Shown here in pieces: positions 42,053 to 51,715 of a DNA stretch of 64,000 bases. The notes beneath the pieces were generated by a model, which saw nothing but the letters and a program-made list of their open reading frames with translations, made no database searches and was not told the origin of the DNA. The position numbers and the translations under genes are program-made. How positions within the stretch are numbered: position 1 is the first letter of the stretch; the number at the start of each line of letters is the position of its first letter. The stretch comes from an uncultured Gemmatimonadaceae bacterium (lineage in GTDB: Bacteria; Gemmatimonadota; Gemmatimonadetes; Gemmatimonadales; Gemmatimonadaceae): contig OY970320.1 in assembly GCA_963716745.1 (NCBI GenBank), positions 1,888,001-1,952,000 of the forward strand. Reading direction: 5' to 3'.

Positions 42053-43762
42053 ATGCGCATTGCGAGTGTGATCGCGATCGGAATGGGGATCGCAGCGTTG
42101 GCCGGTGCCGTGCGCGGTCAGGAGCAGGTGGCCGGCGCGACGAAGAAACCGGCGGTGAGAGCACCGACGTTCACGAGCGTCACGACCGAGATGCTCACCG
42201 GGGCGGCCAGAGATGGCAAGAACTGGACGACGTACGGCCGCGACTACTCGAATCAGCGCTGGTCGCCGCTCGCGCAGATCAACTCCGAGAATGTGAAAGC
42301 GCTCTCGGTCGCGTGGATCTACCAAACAGGGATCTCGCATCTCGGCTCGTTCGAGACGAGTCCGATCGTGGTCGACGGCGTGATGTATTTGACGACACCG
42401 TACAACACCGCGATGGCGGTCGACGCCCGCACCGGCCGGCAGCTCTGGCGCTACGAGCATAAGATGAGTATCGCGTCGCCGATCTTCTGCTGCGGGCCGA
42501 ACAACCGCGGCGTGGCGATCGCCGGAGGCACCGTGTTCATGGCGACGCTCGACGCGCGATTGGTCGCGCTGGAAGCCGCGACGGGCAAGGTGAAATGGGA
42601 CATCGAGATCGCCGACCCCGAGGCGGGTTACAGCGAAACGATGGCGCCGCTCATCGTGGACAACATGGTGATCGTGGGCGTTTCAGGCGCGGAGTACGGG
42701 ATCCGCGGATTCCTCCGCGCATATGACCGCAATGACGGTCATCAGCTGTGGAATTTCTACACGCTGCCGGACAAAGGCTGGGAGGGCGTGTGGGCGGAGA
42801 AGACGGGCGAAGGGGATGACCTCAAGCGGAACATCGCCGCGGAGAAGGCGGCGATGCCGCAATACGGCGACGCATGGCAGCGTGGCGGCGGGTCGGTCTG
42901 GATGACGCCCGCGTACGATCCGGCGACGAACATGCTGTACTTCGGTGTGGGGAATCCATCGCCCGATCTCGATGGGTCGGTGCGTCCCGGCGACAACCTG
43001 TTCACCGAGTCCGTGGTCGCGATCGACGCGCGGACCGGCGAGTACAAGTGGCATTATCAGGAAGTCCCACACGACGTGTGGGATCTGGATGTCGTGAGCC
43101 CGCCAGTGATCGTCACGCTCAGGGACGGCACCAAGGCGGTGGCGGAGGCGGGGAAGACCGCCTACGTGTATGTCTGGAATGCGGCGACGGGGAAGCTCAT
43201 CCGGCGCTCCGAGGAGTTCAACAAACACGAGAATTATTTCGCACCGCCCACCGCGGATGGCGTGCGCATGCTGCCCGGCGCTAATGGCGGATCGGAATGG
43301 TCGCCGACGGCGGTGAACCCCAAGCTCGGCTACATGTACGTGTTGGGGCTCGAACAGCCGATGATCTATCGCACGCATTCCGCGCCGCTCGACAAGGGCA
43401 AACTGTGGCTCGGTTCGGCGTTCAAAGCGGAGCCAGGCGGCGTGCAGTCGGGCACGTTCACGGCGATCGACTTGAACACGGGCAAGCGCGCCTGGCAGGC
43501 AAAGACCGAGCAGCCAATGATCGGCGGCGCGCTGGCGACGGCGGGCGGTCTCGTCTTCACGGGCGAAGGCAACGGCATGTTCAAGGCGTACGACGCGAAG
43601 ACCGGCAAAGTACTCTGGCAATTCCAGGCGGGTGCCGGATGCAATGCGCCGCCGGTGACGTACTCCCTTGATGGCAAGCAGTACATCGCGGTCGCCTGTG
43701 GCGGGAATTTCCAGATCGGCTACCCGCTCGGCGACGCGGTGCTCGTGTTCGCCATTCGGTAG
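42053..43762 (+). CDS. Periplasmic PQQ-dependent dehydrogenase, methanol/ethanol family
   Basis: Signal peptide, vicinal CC (CCGPNNRG), GAEYG, GNPSP, HDVWDLD, Trp docking repeats. No CxxCH. Confidence 0.92.
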   Translation: MRIASVIAIGMGIAALAGAVRGQEQVAGATKKPAVRAPTFTSVTTEMLTGAARDGKNWTTYGRDYSNQRWSPLAQINSENVKALSVAWIYQTGISHLGSFETSPIVVDGVMYLTTPYNTAMAVDARTGRQLWRYEHKMSIASPIFCCGPNNRGVAIAGGTVFMATLDARLVALEAATGKVKWDIEIADPEAGYSETMAPLIVDNMVIVGVSGAEYGIRGFLRAYDRNDGHQLWNFYTLPDKGWEGVWAEKTGEGDDLKRNIAAEKAAMPQYGDAWQRGGGSVWMTPAYDPATNMLYFGVGNPSPDLDGSVRPGDNLFTESVVAIDARTGEYKWHYQEVPHDVWDLDVVSPPVIVTLRDGTKAVAEAGKTAYVYVWNAATGKLIRRSEEFNKHENYFAPPTADGVRMLPGANGGSEWSPTAVNPKLGYMYVLGLEQPMIYRTHSAPLDKGKLWLGSAFKAEPGGVQSGTFTAIDLNTGKRAWQAKTEQPMIGGALATAGGLVFTGEGNGMFKAYDAKTGKVLWQFQAGAGCNAPPVTYSLDGKQYIAVACGGNFQIGYPLGDAVLVFAIR

Positions 43763-43769
43763 AGCGCGA

Positions 43770-45086
43770 ATGCGCGGCCTGAAACTCGCGGCCTTGGCTT
43801 CGCTGGCGCTGGTCGCTCCGAGCGCGGCGGCGCAGGGCATCGTGATGGGGACCGTGAGTGGATGGACGTTCTCCTTTTCGGGAAACGTCAACGCCTTCAT
43901 CGTCTACACCGATCCCAAATGCGCCGACGGCTCGCCGACATGTGATTTCGCGGGCAACCTCATCCCGACTGGCTCGGAGCAGAAGGTCCTTCGGGTACGC
44001 ACGGGACTCGCGCCAGCGTTCGCGATCTTCGAGGTAAAAGGGAAGGAAGCGGGCCTCGATGTCGGAGCCCATTTTGGGATCGCGCCGGAGATCCAATCTC
44101 TTGGGCAGTTACACGACAGTTGTGGGGCAGCATATGGTCAGTGCGGCGCCCAGATCGACCTGCGCGAGGCGTACATGACTGTTGGGGGGTCGTGGGGCCA
44201 GCTGCTCGCGGGTCGCGCGCTCGGACTGTACCAGCAACAGAATTACTTGACCGACATGACCATGTTCGGCGTGGGGCTGAGCGGCGGCGGCGCGGGATTC
44301 ACCGGCAATAGCACGACGCTTGGGCACATTGGCACCGGATACAGTTACCCGAATTTCAACGCACAGATCACGTTCAGCACGCCATCGAACCGGCCGTGGC
44401 AGCTCTCTGTAGGGCTGTTCGATCCGAGCGTGATCAATGCGGTCGATGGCGCCGTGCCTGTCGGCCAGTGTTGCTTCGATGTGACGCAGTCGCCTCGCAT
44501 TGAGACCGAGGTGACCTACATCAAGCACTCGGGCGGCATTGGTTCCGCCGACAAATTCATGTTCTACGCGAGCGGATTGCTCGCGAACGTGAAGAACGTG
44601 TCGTCAGGCGATTCCTGTGCGCCGTACTTCGGGGACCCGACCGGCTGCAAAGATGCTGTGACGCCGTGGGGACTCGCCACCGGGATGGAGTGGAACAAGA
44701 ACGGCGTGCAACTCGACCTCTCGGGCTTCTATCAGGAGGGAGTCGGCACGGCGCTCATGTTCACCGATGGGCTCGGCGTCGATTACGCCGGCGACCGGCG
44801 CGTCTCCTACGGCTACCTGCTCCAGCTGCAATGGATGCCGAAGGACAGTAAGTGGAAGTTCGGTGCGTCGTACGGCGACACCGACCTCGAGCGCAGTGGC
44901 GATGACGTGGACAACAGGAACGACTTCCTGATGAAGTACAACACGGCGACCGTCGGCGCCGTGACGTATCTGTGGACGCGCTCATTCCGGTCGGTGCTCG
45001 AGTATACCTATGGCGACAGCGAGGCGTACGACGGCACGAAGATCACTTCGAGCCAAGGCGCACTGGGAGTGATGCTGTTCTTCTGA
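43770..45086 (+). CDS. Outer-membrane porin-like beta-barrel
   Basis: Signal peptide, amphipathic beta strands, C-terminal Phe. Confidence 0.75.
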   Translation: MRGLKLAALASLALVAPSAAAQGIVMGTVSGWTFSFSGNVNAFIVYTDPKCADGSPTCDFAGNLIPTGSEQKVLRVRTGLAPAFAIFEVKGKEAGLDVGAHFGIAPEIQSLGQLHDSCGAAYGQCGAQIDLREAYMTVGGSWGQLLAGRALGLYQQQNYLTDMTMFGVGLSGGGAGFTGNSTTLGHIGTGYSYPNFNAQITFSTPSNRPWQLSVGLFDPSVINAVDGAVPVGQCCFDVTQSPRIETEVTYIKHSGGIGSADKFMFYASGLLANVKNVSSGDSCAPYFGDPTGCKDAVTPWGLATGMEWNKNGVQLDLSGFYQEGVGTALMFTDGLGVDYAGDRRVSYGYLLQLQWMPKDSKWKFGASYGDTDLERSGDDVDNRNDFLMKYNTATVGAVTYLWTRSFRSVLEYTYGDSEAYDGTKITSSQGALGVMLFF

Positions 45087-45098
45087 CCGGGGAGCGCG

Positions 45099-45953
45099 CT
45101 AGCGAAGCGCGCGCTCGATCCAGCTCCAATACAACTCGCCGCCGCTCTCCGACAGTCCGTTGTGGGCGCCGCCCGGGACGATCAACAACTCTCCTGGGTG
45201 TCGCGCCGCGGCGAACACCTCACGGCCCATCGACGCGGGGATGACGCGATCGTGATCGCCATGCGCGACCCACACCGGTGCGTCGACCAGTGCGATACGT
45301 GCTCGGGTGTCATACGGGATGCGGCCGATCAGCGGCCACGCCAATCGCGCGAGCGGCGTGCCGAATCGTGCCGCCATTCCACGCGCCGTCGTGAACGGCG
45401 ATTCCAGCACGAGCACGCTCGGAGGTGTCTCGCTCGCGAGTTCGGTGGCTACGGCCGTGCCGAGCGAGTGTCCGTAGTACGCGACGACTGCCCCCGTTCC
45501 GAACCGCGCGCGGACGAATGCGAGCGCCGCGCGCGCATCGAGGCGGACCCCATCGGCCGACGGCGGCCCCGGCAATCCGTTGTAGCCGCGATACTCGGCC
45601 AGCACCACGACATAGCCCGTACGCAGTGCGACTTCGCTGGCCCAAGGCGCGAGCCATGGTGCGATGTCCGCGTTCCCATGAAAAGCGAGCAGCACTCGTG
45701 CCGTGGCAGGTGCCCGCGGCGGGGTTCCGATCACCAGTGCATAGAGGCGCTGCCCATCGACAGCGACGAATTCGACGCGCTCAGCGCCCGTAGGCGTGGG
45801 CTCGATGACCCGTGGCGCTTGGAACGTGATGCGGTCCTGCGCGATCCAGAAGAACGCGAGGAGGGCCAAACCGACCGCGACCACGACGATGACGAGTGTG
45901 ATCAACACTCGCCGGACCCAGTGAGCGATGCGATCCCCGCCGCCGCTGCCCAC
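45099..45953 (-). CDS. Alpha/beta hydrolase (ABHD13/YfhR-like)
   Basis: TM anchor, FHGNA, EYRGY, GHSLG, HGDHD, HN. Confidence 0.88.
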   Translation of the reverse strand: MGSGGGDRIAHWVRRVLITLVIVVVAVGLALLAFFWIAQDRITFQAPRVIEPTPTGAERVEFVAVDGQRLYALVIGTPPRAPATARVLLAFHGNADIAPWLAPWASEVALRTGYVVVLAEYRGYNGLPGPPSADGVRLDARAALAFVRARFGTGAVVAYYGHSLGTAVATELASETPPSVLVLESPFTTARGMAARFGTPLARLAWPLIGRIPYDTRARIALVDAPVWVAHGDHDRVIPASMGREVFAAARHPGELLIVPGGAHNGLSESGGELYWSWIERALR

Positions 45954-45957
45954 GCCG

Positions 45958-46488
45958 TCACGTGAGCCAGCGAGTGAGCGCGGAGCTCGGGAATCGTGCT
46001 CGCAGCCACGCGTCGCATCCCCACACCCTGCCCGCGCGGCTGCCGAAGAAGATGATCATCGAGGTCGCGAGCATCACGTGAAAGCCGAGCTGCCCCGAAC
46101 TCATGTGCTGGACGGCCAGCCCATACAGCAATGTGAGCGCCATGCCCACCACTGCGCCGAGCGGCGTGAGCAAGCCAGCGACGAGCGAGATCCCGACGAA
46201 TACTTCGCCGAGCGCGGTCAGGTTCGCGTAGAGCCCGGGGTCGGGGACGACGCTCTCCAGCAGGAACGTGCGGTAGGCGGGAAACGGATTTTCGGCGGCG
46301 TATTTCGCCAACAGTTTCGGCATCGTGTTCACCCAGCGATCCGAAGCCGCTGGCAGCGGCAGAAATCCCCACGCGAGCCTGATGGTGAGTTTGGTGACCA
46401 CCCCCTTCACGAACCACGCGCCAACGACCAACCGCAGTACAGCGAGCCAGCGCGCCGGCGCGCGCATGCCCGTCGACTCAACGGCCAT
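45958..46488 (-). CDS. DoxX/DoxD-family membrane protein
   Basis: LRLVVG...GE...GLLT...AGRVWGCD pattern. Confidence 0.8.
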   Translation of the reverse strand: MAVESTGMRAPARWLAVLRLVVGAWFVKGVVTKLTIRLAWGFLPLPAASDRWVNTMPKLLAKYAAENPFPAYRTFLLESVVPDPGLYANLTALGEVFVGISLVAGLLTPLGAVVGMALTLLYGLAVQHMSSGQLGFHVMLATSMIIFFGSRAGRVWGCDAWLRARFPSSALTRWLT

Positions 46489-46846
46489 CGTCGCCTTTGA
46501 CGAAGGGACGCGTGGTGCCGGTGAGACCCTCCGGCCGCGTGGCGGGCGGCCGCCAGAGCGCGACGTCCTCGATCTTCCGCGCGAGCTCGAGATCCTTCTC
46601 GGTGAGGCCGTTCGCCGAGTGCGTGCGCAGTCGCACGGTGACGCTCGGCCACGAGACCGCGAGATCGGGGTGATGGTCCGCGGCCTCGGCGACGAAGCCG
46701 ATCGCGTTCACGAGCATGAGCGTCGTGGGCCAGCCGTCCGTCTTGTAGCGCCGGGTGAGCCAGCCGTCGACGACCGACCATCCCGGCATCTTCACGACGA
46801 ACGCGGCGACCTCGGCGTCGGGGATCATGCGCTCCTGGCGTGCCAT
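46478..46846 (-). CDS. Pterin-4-alpha-carbinolamine dehydratase
   Basis: AEAADHHPDL, THSANGLTEKD. Confidence 0.92.
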   Translation of the reverse strand: MARQERMIPDAEVAAFVVKMPGWSVVDGWLTRRYKTDGWPTTLMLVNAIGFVAEAADHHPDLAVSWPSVTVRLRTHSANGLTEKDLELARKIEDVALWRPPATRPEGLTGTTRPFVKGDDGR

Positions 46847-46860
46847 GGCGAGCTCCGGAT

Positions 46861-47358
46861 TCAGGTCATCAGTTCGCGATACGCGGCCGCTTGTCCGAAA
46901 TTCTCCTCGACCTCGACCTCAACGGCCGTGAGCGTCGCGGTCTTCTGCGTCTTGAATTCTGCGAGGACGCGCTGCGTGAGATACTGCGCGAGCATCTCCA
47001 CGGTGGTGTTCGGAATCGGCAGGAGCGCGCACTCTTCGCGCGGGAAGACGTACTTCGGTTTTCCCTGGAAGGCGACGTGCACGGCATCGCCGCGGGTCTC
47101 GATCGCGAGCTTCGGGTTCTCCATCGGGAGGAGCATCTTGTGATCCAGCTCCTCGCAGAGCTTGCGCATCATCTGTTTCACGACCGAGAAATCCACGACG
47201 TACCACGATTCCTCGTCCACCGTGCCGTCGAGCGTGACCGCGACGCGATAGTTATGCCCGTGCAATGGTTCGCAGCGGTGACCGGCGAAGGTGATGAAAT
47301 GCGCGGCCGGGAAGACGAGATAATCCTTCGTCACCGCGACCCGAAAAGTGCCTCGCAT
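46861..47358 (-). CDS. 6-pyruvoyl-tetrahydropterin synthase / QueD family
   Basis: AAHF, CEPLHGHNY, DF, LDH, TTVE, VEE motifs. Confidence 0.88.
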   Translation of the reverse strand: MRGTFRVAVTKDYLVFPAAHFITFAGHRCEPLHGHNYRVAVTLDGTVDEESWYVVDFSVVKQMMRKLCEELDHKMLLPMENPKLAIETRGDAVHVAFQGKPKYVFPREECALLPIPNTTVEMLAQYLTQRVLAEFKTQKTATLTAVEVEVEENFGQAAAYRELMT

Positions 47359-47516
47359 CCGCATGTGCATCCTCGCCCGTGCGATCCGCGTGAACGCCGG
47401 GAGGCGCGATGCGGATCGATACCCGCAAGATCGCCGCCGCACCGAGGCGGGGTCAAGCGCGGCGCGCGGCAATGCCCAGGGTACCGCTCCTCGCGCGCAC
47501 CGACCAATTTTCCCGC

Positions 47517-48803
47517 ATGCGAATCCCGGTCGAAAGTTTCGAGCTCGCGAATGGGCTGCGTGTGACGCTCTCGGAGGACCACACGGCGCCGATCGTCGCC
47601 GTGAATCTGTGGTATCACGTCGGCTCGGCGAACGAGCGTCCGGGGCGCACGGGGTTCGCGCATCTGTTCGAGCACATGCTCTTCCAGGGCTCGGAACACG
47701 TGTCGTCGAACGAGCATTTCGAGTTGATCCAGCGCGCGGGCGGCACGCTCAACGGATCCACATGGCTCGACCGGACGAATTACTTCGAGACCGTGCCCTC
47801 GAACCATCTCGCCACCGCGCTCTGGCTCGAGGCGGACCGGATGGGCTTCCTCATTCCCGCGATGACGCAGCAGAAGCTCGACACGCAGCGCGATGTCGTG
47901 AAGAACGAGCGCCGGTGGAGCATGGACAACCAGCCGTACGGCACGTGGTGGGAGAAACTGCCGGCACTCGCCTTTCCGCCGGAGCATCCGTTCCATCACT
48001 CACTGATCGGTTCGATGGAGGATCTTTCCGCGGCGAGCCTGGCCGACATCGAGGCGTTCTTCAAGACGTACTACACGCCGGACAACGCGGTGCTTTCCAT
48101 CGCGGGCGATGTCGATCCTGCTGAGGCGCGCATGCTCGTCGAGCGCTACTTCGCGCCGTTGCCGCGCGGCAGTGCGCGTCCGGCGCTGCCCGATATGCGT
48201 GTGCCGCCACTCTTCGGCGACTGGCGGCGTGAGACGGTCCTGGATGAGGTCGCTCTGCCGCGTCTCTTCCTCGCCCTGCGTGCGCCGGTGTTCGGCAGCG
48301 AGGAATATTACGCCGCGAGCACGCTCGGCGCGGTGCTCGGCATGGGCAAGGCGAGCCGCCTGCAGCAGCGACTCGTGCGCGATCGCGAGATCGCCTCGGA
48401 CGCGACAGCGTTCACGCTCGATCTCGCGAAGGGCACGGACTTGTTGGTGGCCGACGTGACCGGCCGGCCCGGCGTCGCGGCGGACCGTTTGGAAGTCGAG
48501 ACGGCTCGCGAACTGGACGCGCTTCGTCGCGAGGGCGTGCGGCCTGATGAAGTGGAGCGCGCGCTCGCGATGATCGAGACCGCGCTCGTCCAGTCGTTGC
48601 AATCGGCGAGTGAGCGCGCCGACAAACTCTCACAGTTCGCGACATATCTCGGCGATCCCGCTCTCGTGAACGTGCAGGCCGAGCGCTACCGGGCGGTGAC
48701 TGCGGAACATGTGAACGCGTTCGCGCGACGCGCACTGGGCGAGGACAACCGCGCGAGTCTCCTCTACGTGCCGCGCGCGAAGGCGGAGGAGGCCGCCGCG
48801 TGA
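47517..48803 (+). CDS. M16 (pitrilysin-family) peptidase, catalytic subunit
   Basis: HLFEH zinc motif, DRTNY. Confidence 0.93.
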   Translation: MRIPVESFELANGLRVTLSEDHTAPIVAVNLWYHVGSANERPGRTGFAHLFEHMLFQGSEHVSSNEHFELIQRAGGTLNGSTWLDRTNYFETVPSNHLATALWLEADRMGFLIPAMTQQKLDTQRDVVKNERRWSMDNQPYGTWWEKLPALAFPPEHPFHHSLIGSMEDLSAASLADIEAFFKTYYTPDNAVLSIAGDVDPAEARMLVERYFAPLPRGSARPALPDMRVPPLFGDWRRETVLDEVALPRLFLALRAPVFGSEEYYAASTLGAVLGMGKASRLQQRLVRDREIASDATAFTLDLAKGTDLLVADVTGRPGVAADRLEVETARELDALRREGVRPDEVERALAMIETALVQSLQSASERADKLSQFATYLGDPALVNVQAERYRAVTAEHVNAFARRALGEDNRASLLYVPRAKAEEAAA

Positions 48804-50176
48804 CGAGCGTATTCGCGACACGCCCCGCGCCGACCGCGCCGCGGCCGTATCGCTTTCCGGCATTCGAGCGCCAGGAGCTGAGCAACGGACTGCGACTCGT
48901 GGTGGCCCCGATGCACAAGCTGCCGCTCGTCACTGTGACGCTCGTGGTGGACGCGGGCGCGATGATGGAGCCGGCGGGGCGCGATGGCGTTGCGAGTCTC
49001 ACGGCGCGTGCGCTGCTCGAGGGGACATCGCGTCTCAGTGCCGCGGAGCTGACCGGTCGCCTGGAGCGGATCGGCGCATCGGTCTCGTCCGACGGCGACT
49101 GGGATACGGCAGGCGCGGGCGTGACCGTGCTCCGCGCGCATTTGGAGGAGGCGGTCGCGCTGCTGGCGGAGATCATGCTCACGCCGGCGTTCCCTTCACG
49201 CGAAGTCGAGCGGCTCAAGTCCGAACGATTGGCGGACATCATGCAATCGCGCGCGGAGCCGCGGGGGTTGGCCGATGAAGTGTTCGCACGGGCGATTTAC
49301 GCGCCCGAATCGCGGTACGCGCGCCTGGATCGTGGCAGCGCCGAGTCCGTGGCGAAGCTGGACCCGCACTCGATCGCGACGTTCCATGCGGCACGCTACC
49401 GGCCCCGCGGCTCGACACTCATTATGACTGGTGACATCACCGTGGCGGACGCGGCGAAGATCGCAGAGCGAACATTCGGTGGGTGGAGCGGCGATGCGGC
49501 GGGATCCGTGCCGCTGGCGGACGGGGCGGCACGGACGACGAGAGCGCTCCATCTCGTGGCACGTCCTGACGCGCCGCAGTCCGAGATCCGGCTGGGGCAC
49601 GTAGGTCTCCCGCGCTCGCATCCCGACTACTTCCCGGTGCTGTTAATGAACGCGATCCTGGGCGGGCTCTTCTCCTCGCGGATCAATCTCAATCTCCGGG
49701 AGCGGCACGCGTACACCTACGGAGCGCACTCGGCGTTCGAGTGGCGGCGCGGAGCGGGGCCGTTCGATGCGTCGACCGCGGTGCAGAGCGACGTGACCGC
49801 GGCCGCCGCGCGCGAGATCCTGAAGGAGATCGACACGATCCGGAACGTGCCGGTCGCGGCCGATGAACTGGAGCTCGCGAGCAACTATCTCGCGGGTGTC
49901 TTTCCCATCAAATACGAGACGACGGACGCGGTCGCGCGCGCGCTCGCGGCGATGGTGGTGTTCTCGCTGCCGACCGACTACTTCGACCGCTACCGCGATA
50001 GTGTGCGGAGCGTGACCGTCGCCGACGTGCAACGCGCCGCGCAGACGCACATCCATCCCGACGCACTGCAGCTCGTGGTGGTGGGCGATGCGTCCGCGAT
50101 CCGTGCGCCGCTCGAGGCGCTTACGTTCGGGCCGCTGATCGAGTACGGCCGCGACGGCGCACCACTCGCGCCGTGA
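48800..50176 (+). CDS. M16 peptidase partner subunit (no HxxEH)
   Basis: LSNGL and SRINLNLRE...YTYG motifs; coupled to the catalytic subunit. Confidence 0.9.
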   Translation: MTSVFATRPAPTAPRPYRFPAFERQELSNGLRLVVAPMHKLPLVTVTLVVDAGAMMEPAGRDGVASLTARALLEGTSRLSAAELTGRLERIGASVSSDGDWDTAGAGVTVLRAHLEEAVALLAEIMLTPAFPSREVERLKSERLADIMQSRAEPRGLADEVFARAIYAPESRYARLDRGSAESVAKLDPHSIATFHAARYRPRGSTLIMTGDITVADAAKIAERTFGGWSGDAAGSVPLADGAARTTRALHLVARPDAPQSEIRLGHVGLPRSHPDYFPVLLMNAILGGLFSSRINLNLRERHAYTYGAHSAFEWRRGAGPFDASTAVQSDVTAAAAREILKEIDTIRNVPVAADELELASNYLAGVFPIKYETTDAVARALAAMVVFSLPTDYFDRYRDSVRSVTVADVQRAAQTHIHPDALQLVVVGDASAIRAPLEALTFGPLIEYGRDGAPLAP

Positions 50177-50721
50177 AGCCTGGAAGAGTCGACGGCGAGC
50201 GGAAGTACACCGGCCGGGTGATCAGCCTCGACCTCGATCGGGTGCGTTTTCCGGATGGCACCATCGGCGAGATCGAGATGATCCGGCACCCCGGCGCGAG
50301 CGCGGTCGTTCCGTTGTTGAGCAGCGCGGATGCGGCCGACCCGCAATTGCTGCTCATCCGTCAGTACCGCTACGCGACCGAGGGCTTCGTGTATGAAGTG
50401 CCGGCCGGCCGGCTGGAACCCAACGAAACGCCGGACGCGTGTGCAGGCCGCGAGTTGCGCGAGGAGACCGGTTGTACTGCGGAACACATCGAGCATGTGT
50501 TCACGATGTTCACGACGCCGGGATTCACCGATGAGAAGATCCATGTCTTCCTCGCCACGGGGCTCACGCGCGGATCGCACGCGCACGAGGGGGACGAATT
50601 CATCGAACTCGTGCCGGTGCTCCTCTCGCGAGCGCTCGAGATGATCCAGAAGAACGAGATCGTCGACGCGAAGACCGCCCTCGCCATCCTCTATGTGGCG
50701 GGGTTCAAGCTCGGGAAATAG
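50173..50721 (+). CDS. NUDIX hydrolase (ADP-ribose pyrophosphatase-like)
   Basis: Nudix box GRLEPNETPDACAGRELREETG, RQYR, DAKT. Confidence 0.92.
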   Translation: MKPGRVDGERKYTGRVISLDLDRVRFPDGTIGEIEMIRHPGASAVVPLLSSADAADPQLLLIRQYRYATEGFVYEVPAGRLEPNETPDACAGRELREETGCTAEHIEHVFTMFTTPGFTDEKIHVFLATGLTRGSHAHEGDEFIELVPVLLSRALEMIQKNEIVDAKTALAILYVAGFKLGK

Positions 50722-50774
50722 CCCGGTGCGGGTCATGCGCCACGTACCCCGATGTCCTACCCGATCCCGTACTG

Positions 50775-50811
50775 CGTCCCACACGGAGGACAAGTCGTCC
50801 CATACGGAGGA
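50775..50811. repeat. 16-bp direct repeat, two copies, 21-bp period
   Basis: cgtcccacacggagga (50775-50790) and cgtcccatacggagga (50796-50811). Confidence 0.8.
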
Positions 50812-50890
50812 GGCTCCGGTGATCGAGGTGTGCTATGGAATCTCTTATATAGCATGCACTTAGCAATCAGTTGGTACGGAGGGCCATCTC

Positions 50891-50906
50891 CGGCACGGCA
50901 TCTGCC
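50891..50906 (+). promoter_or_regulatory. Putative sigma54 promoter of the ECF sigma gene
   Basis: CGGCACGGCATCTGCC has GG-N10-GC spacing with a GGCACG core. Confidence 0.55.
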
Positions 50907-50992
50907 AGTGATAGTGGCCGCAACCTTGGGCGATTCGCGCCCCGCATCTCTGCGGGACGAACGGACGCTCGAGGCCGACCGGGGAGACTGCC

Positions 50993-51655
50993 ATGCAGAG
51001 TGCCGCCGTCAGCCGCAGGATCGCGCCCGCGCTTCTCGAGACGCTTCCCGTGCCGCCGCTCACGCGGCGTGAACAGCTCGCTGCCCTTGATGATGGCGCC
51101 CTCGTCGCCGCCTTCAGCGCCGGCGACGACCGGGCCTTCGAGACACTGGTGCTTCGCTATCAAGCGCGCCTGCTCAATTTCATCTGCCGCACGATCGGCG
51201 ATCGCGAACGCGGCGAAGACTTGGTGCAGGAAGTGTTCATCCGCGTGCACCGGCATGCGCACCGCTTCGATCCATCGAAGAAGTTCTCGACGTGGATCTA
51301 TACGATCGCTTCGAACCTCGCGAAGAACGAGCTGCGCAATCGCTCGCGCAATCCACTGGTGCTCTTCCAGGCACTCCAGCAGAACTGGGATGATGAGGAC
51401 CGCCCGCTCCAGTTCGAGGACCACCAGTCGCGGCCGGATGACATGTACCGCCGCCGGTATCTCCGCGAGAAGGTGGAGGATGCGATCACGCGGCTGCCCG
51501 AACATCATCGCCAGGTCTTCGTGCTGCGCGAACTCGAGGGGAAGCCATACGAGGAGATCGCGGTGATCACGGGCTGCAACTTGGGCACCGTGAAGTCCCG
51601 CTTGAACCGGGCGCGCGCGGCATTCGCGGAGATCATCGAGCCGGCACTGGTCTAA
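50993..51655 (+). CDS. ECF RNA polymerase sigma factor
   Basis: EDLVQEVF, FSTWIYTIASN, YEEIA...GTVKSRLNRAR. Confidence 0.95.
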   Translation: MQSAAVSRRIAPALLETLPVPPLTRREQLAALDDGALVAAFSAGDDRAFETLVLRYQARLLNFICRTIGDRERGEDLVQEVFIRVHRHAHRFDPSKKFSTWIYTIASNLAKNELRNRSRNPLVLFQALQQNWDDEDRPLQFEDHQSRPDDMYRRRYLREKVEDAITRLPEHHRQVFVLRELEGKPYEEIAVITGCNLGTVKSRLNRARAAFAEIIEPALV

Positions 51656-51715
51656 GGGTCCGGCCGAGGCCGCCAGGCGGCGGGGAACCGTGGAGGGAAC
51701 TCCGCGCGGGGAGAC

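Noticed and set aside
48800..50176. M16 protein without HxxEH as a novel pseudo-enzyme
   Set aside because: Catalytic/non-catalytic M16B heterodimer pairs are well known.
50745..50811. Mini-CRISPR from the short direct repeats
   Set aside because: Only two 16-bp copies with a 5-bp spacer, and no cas genes.
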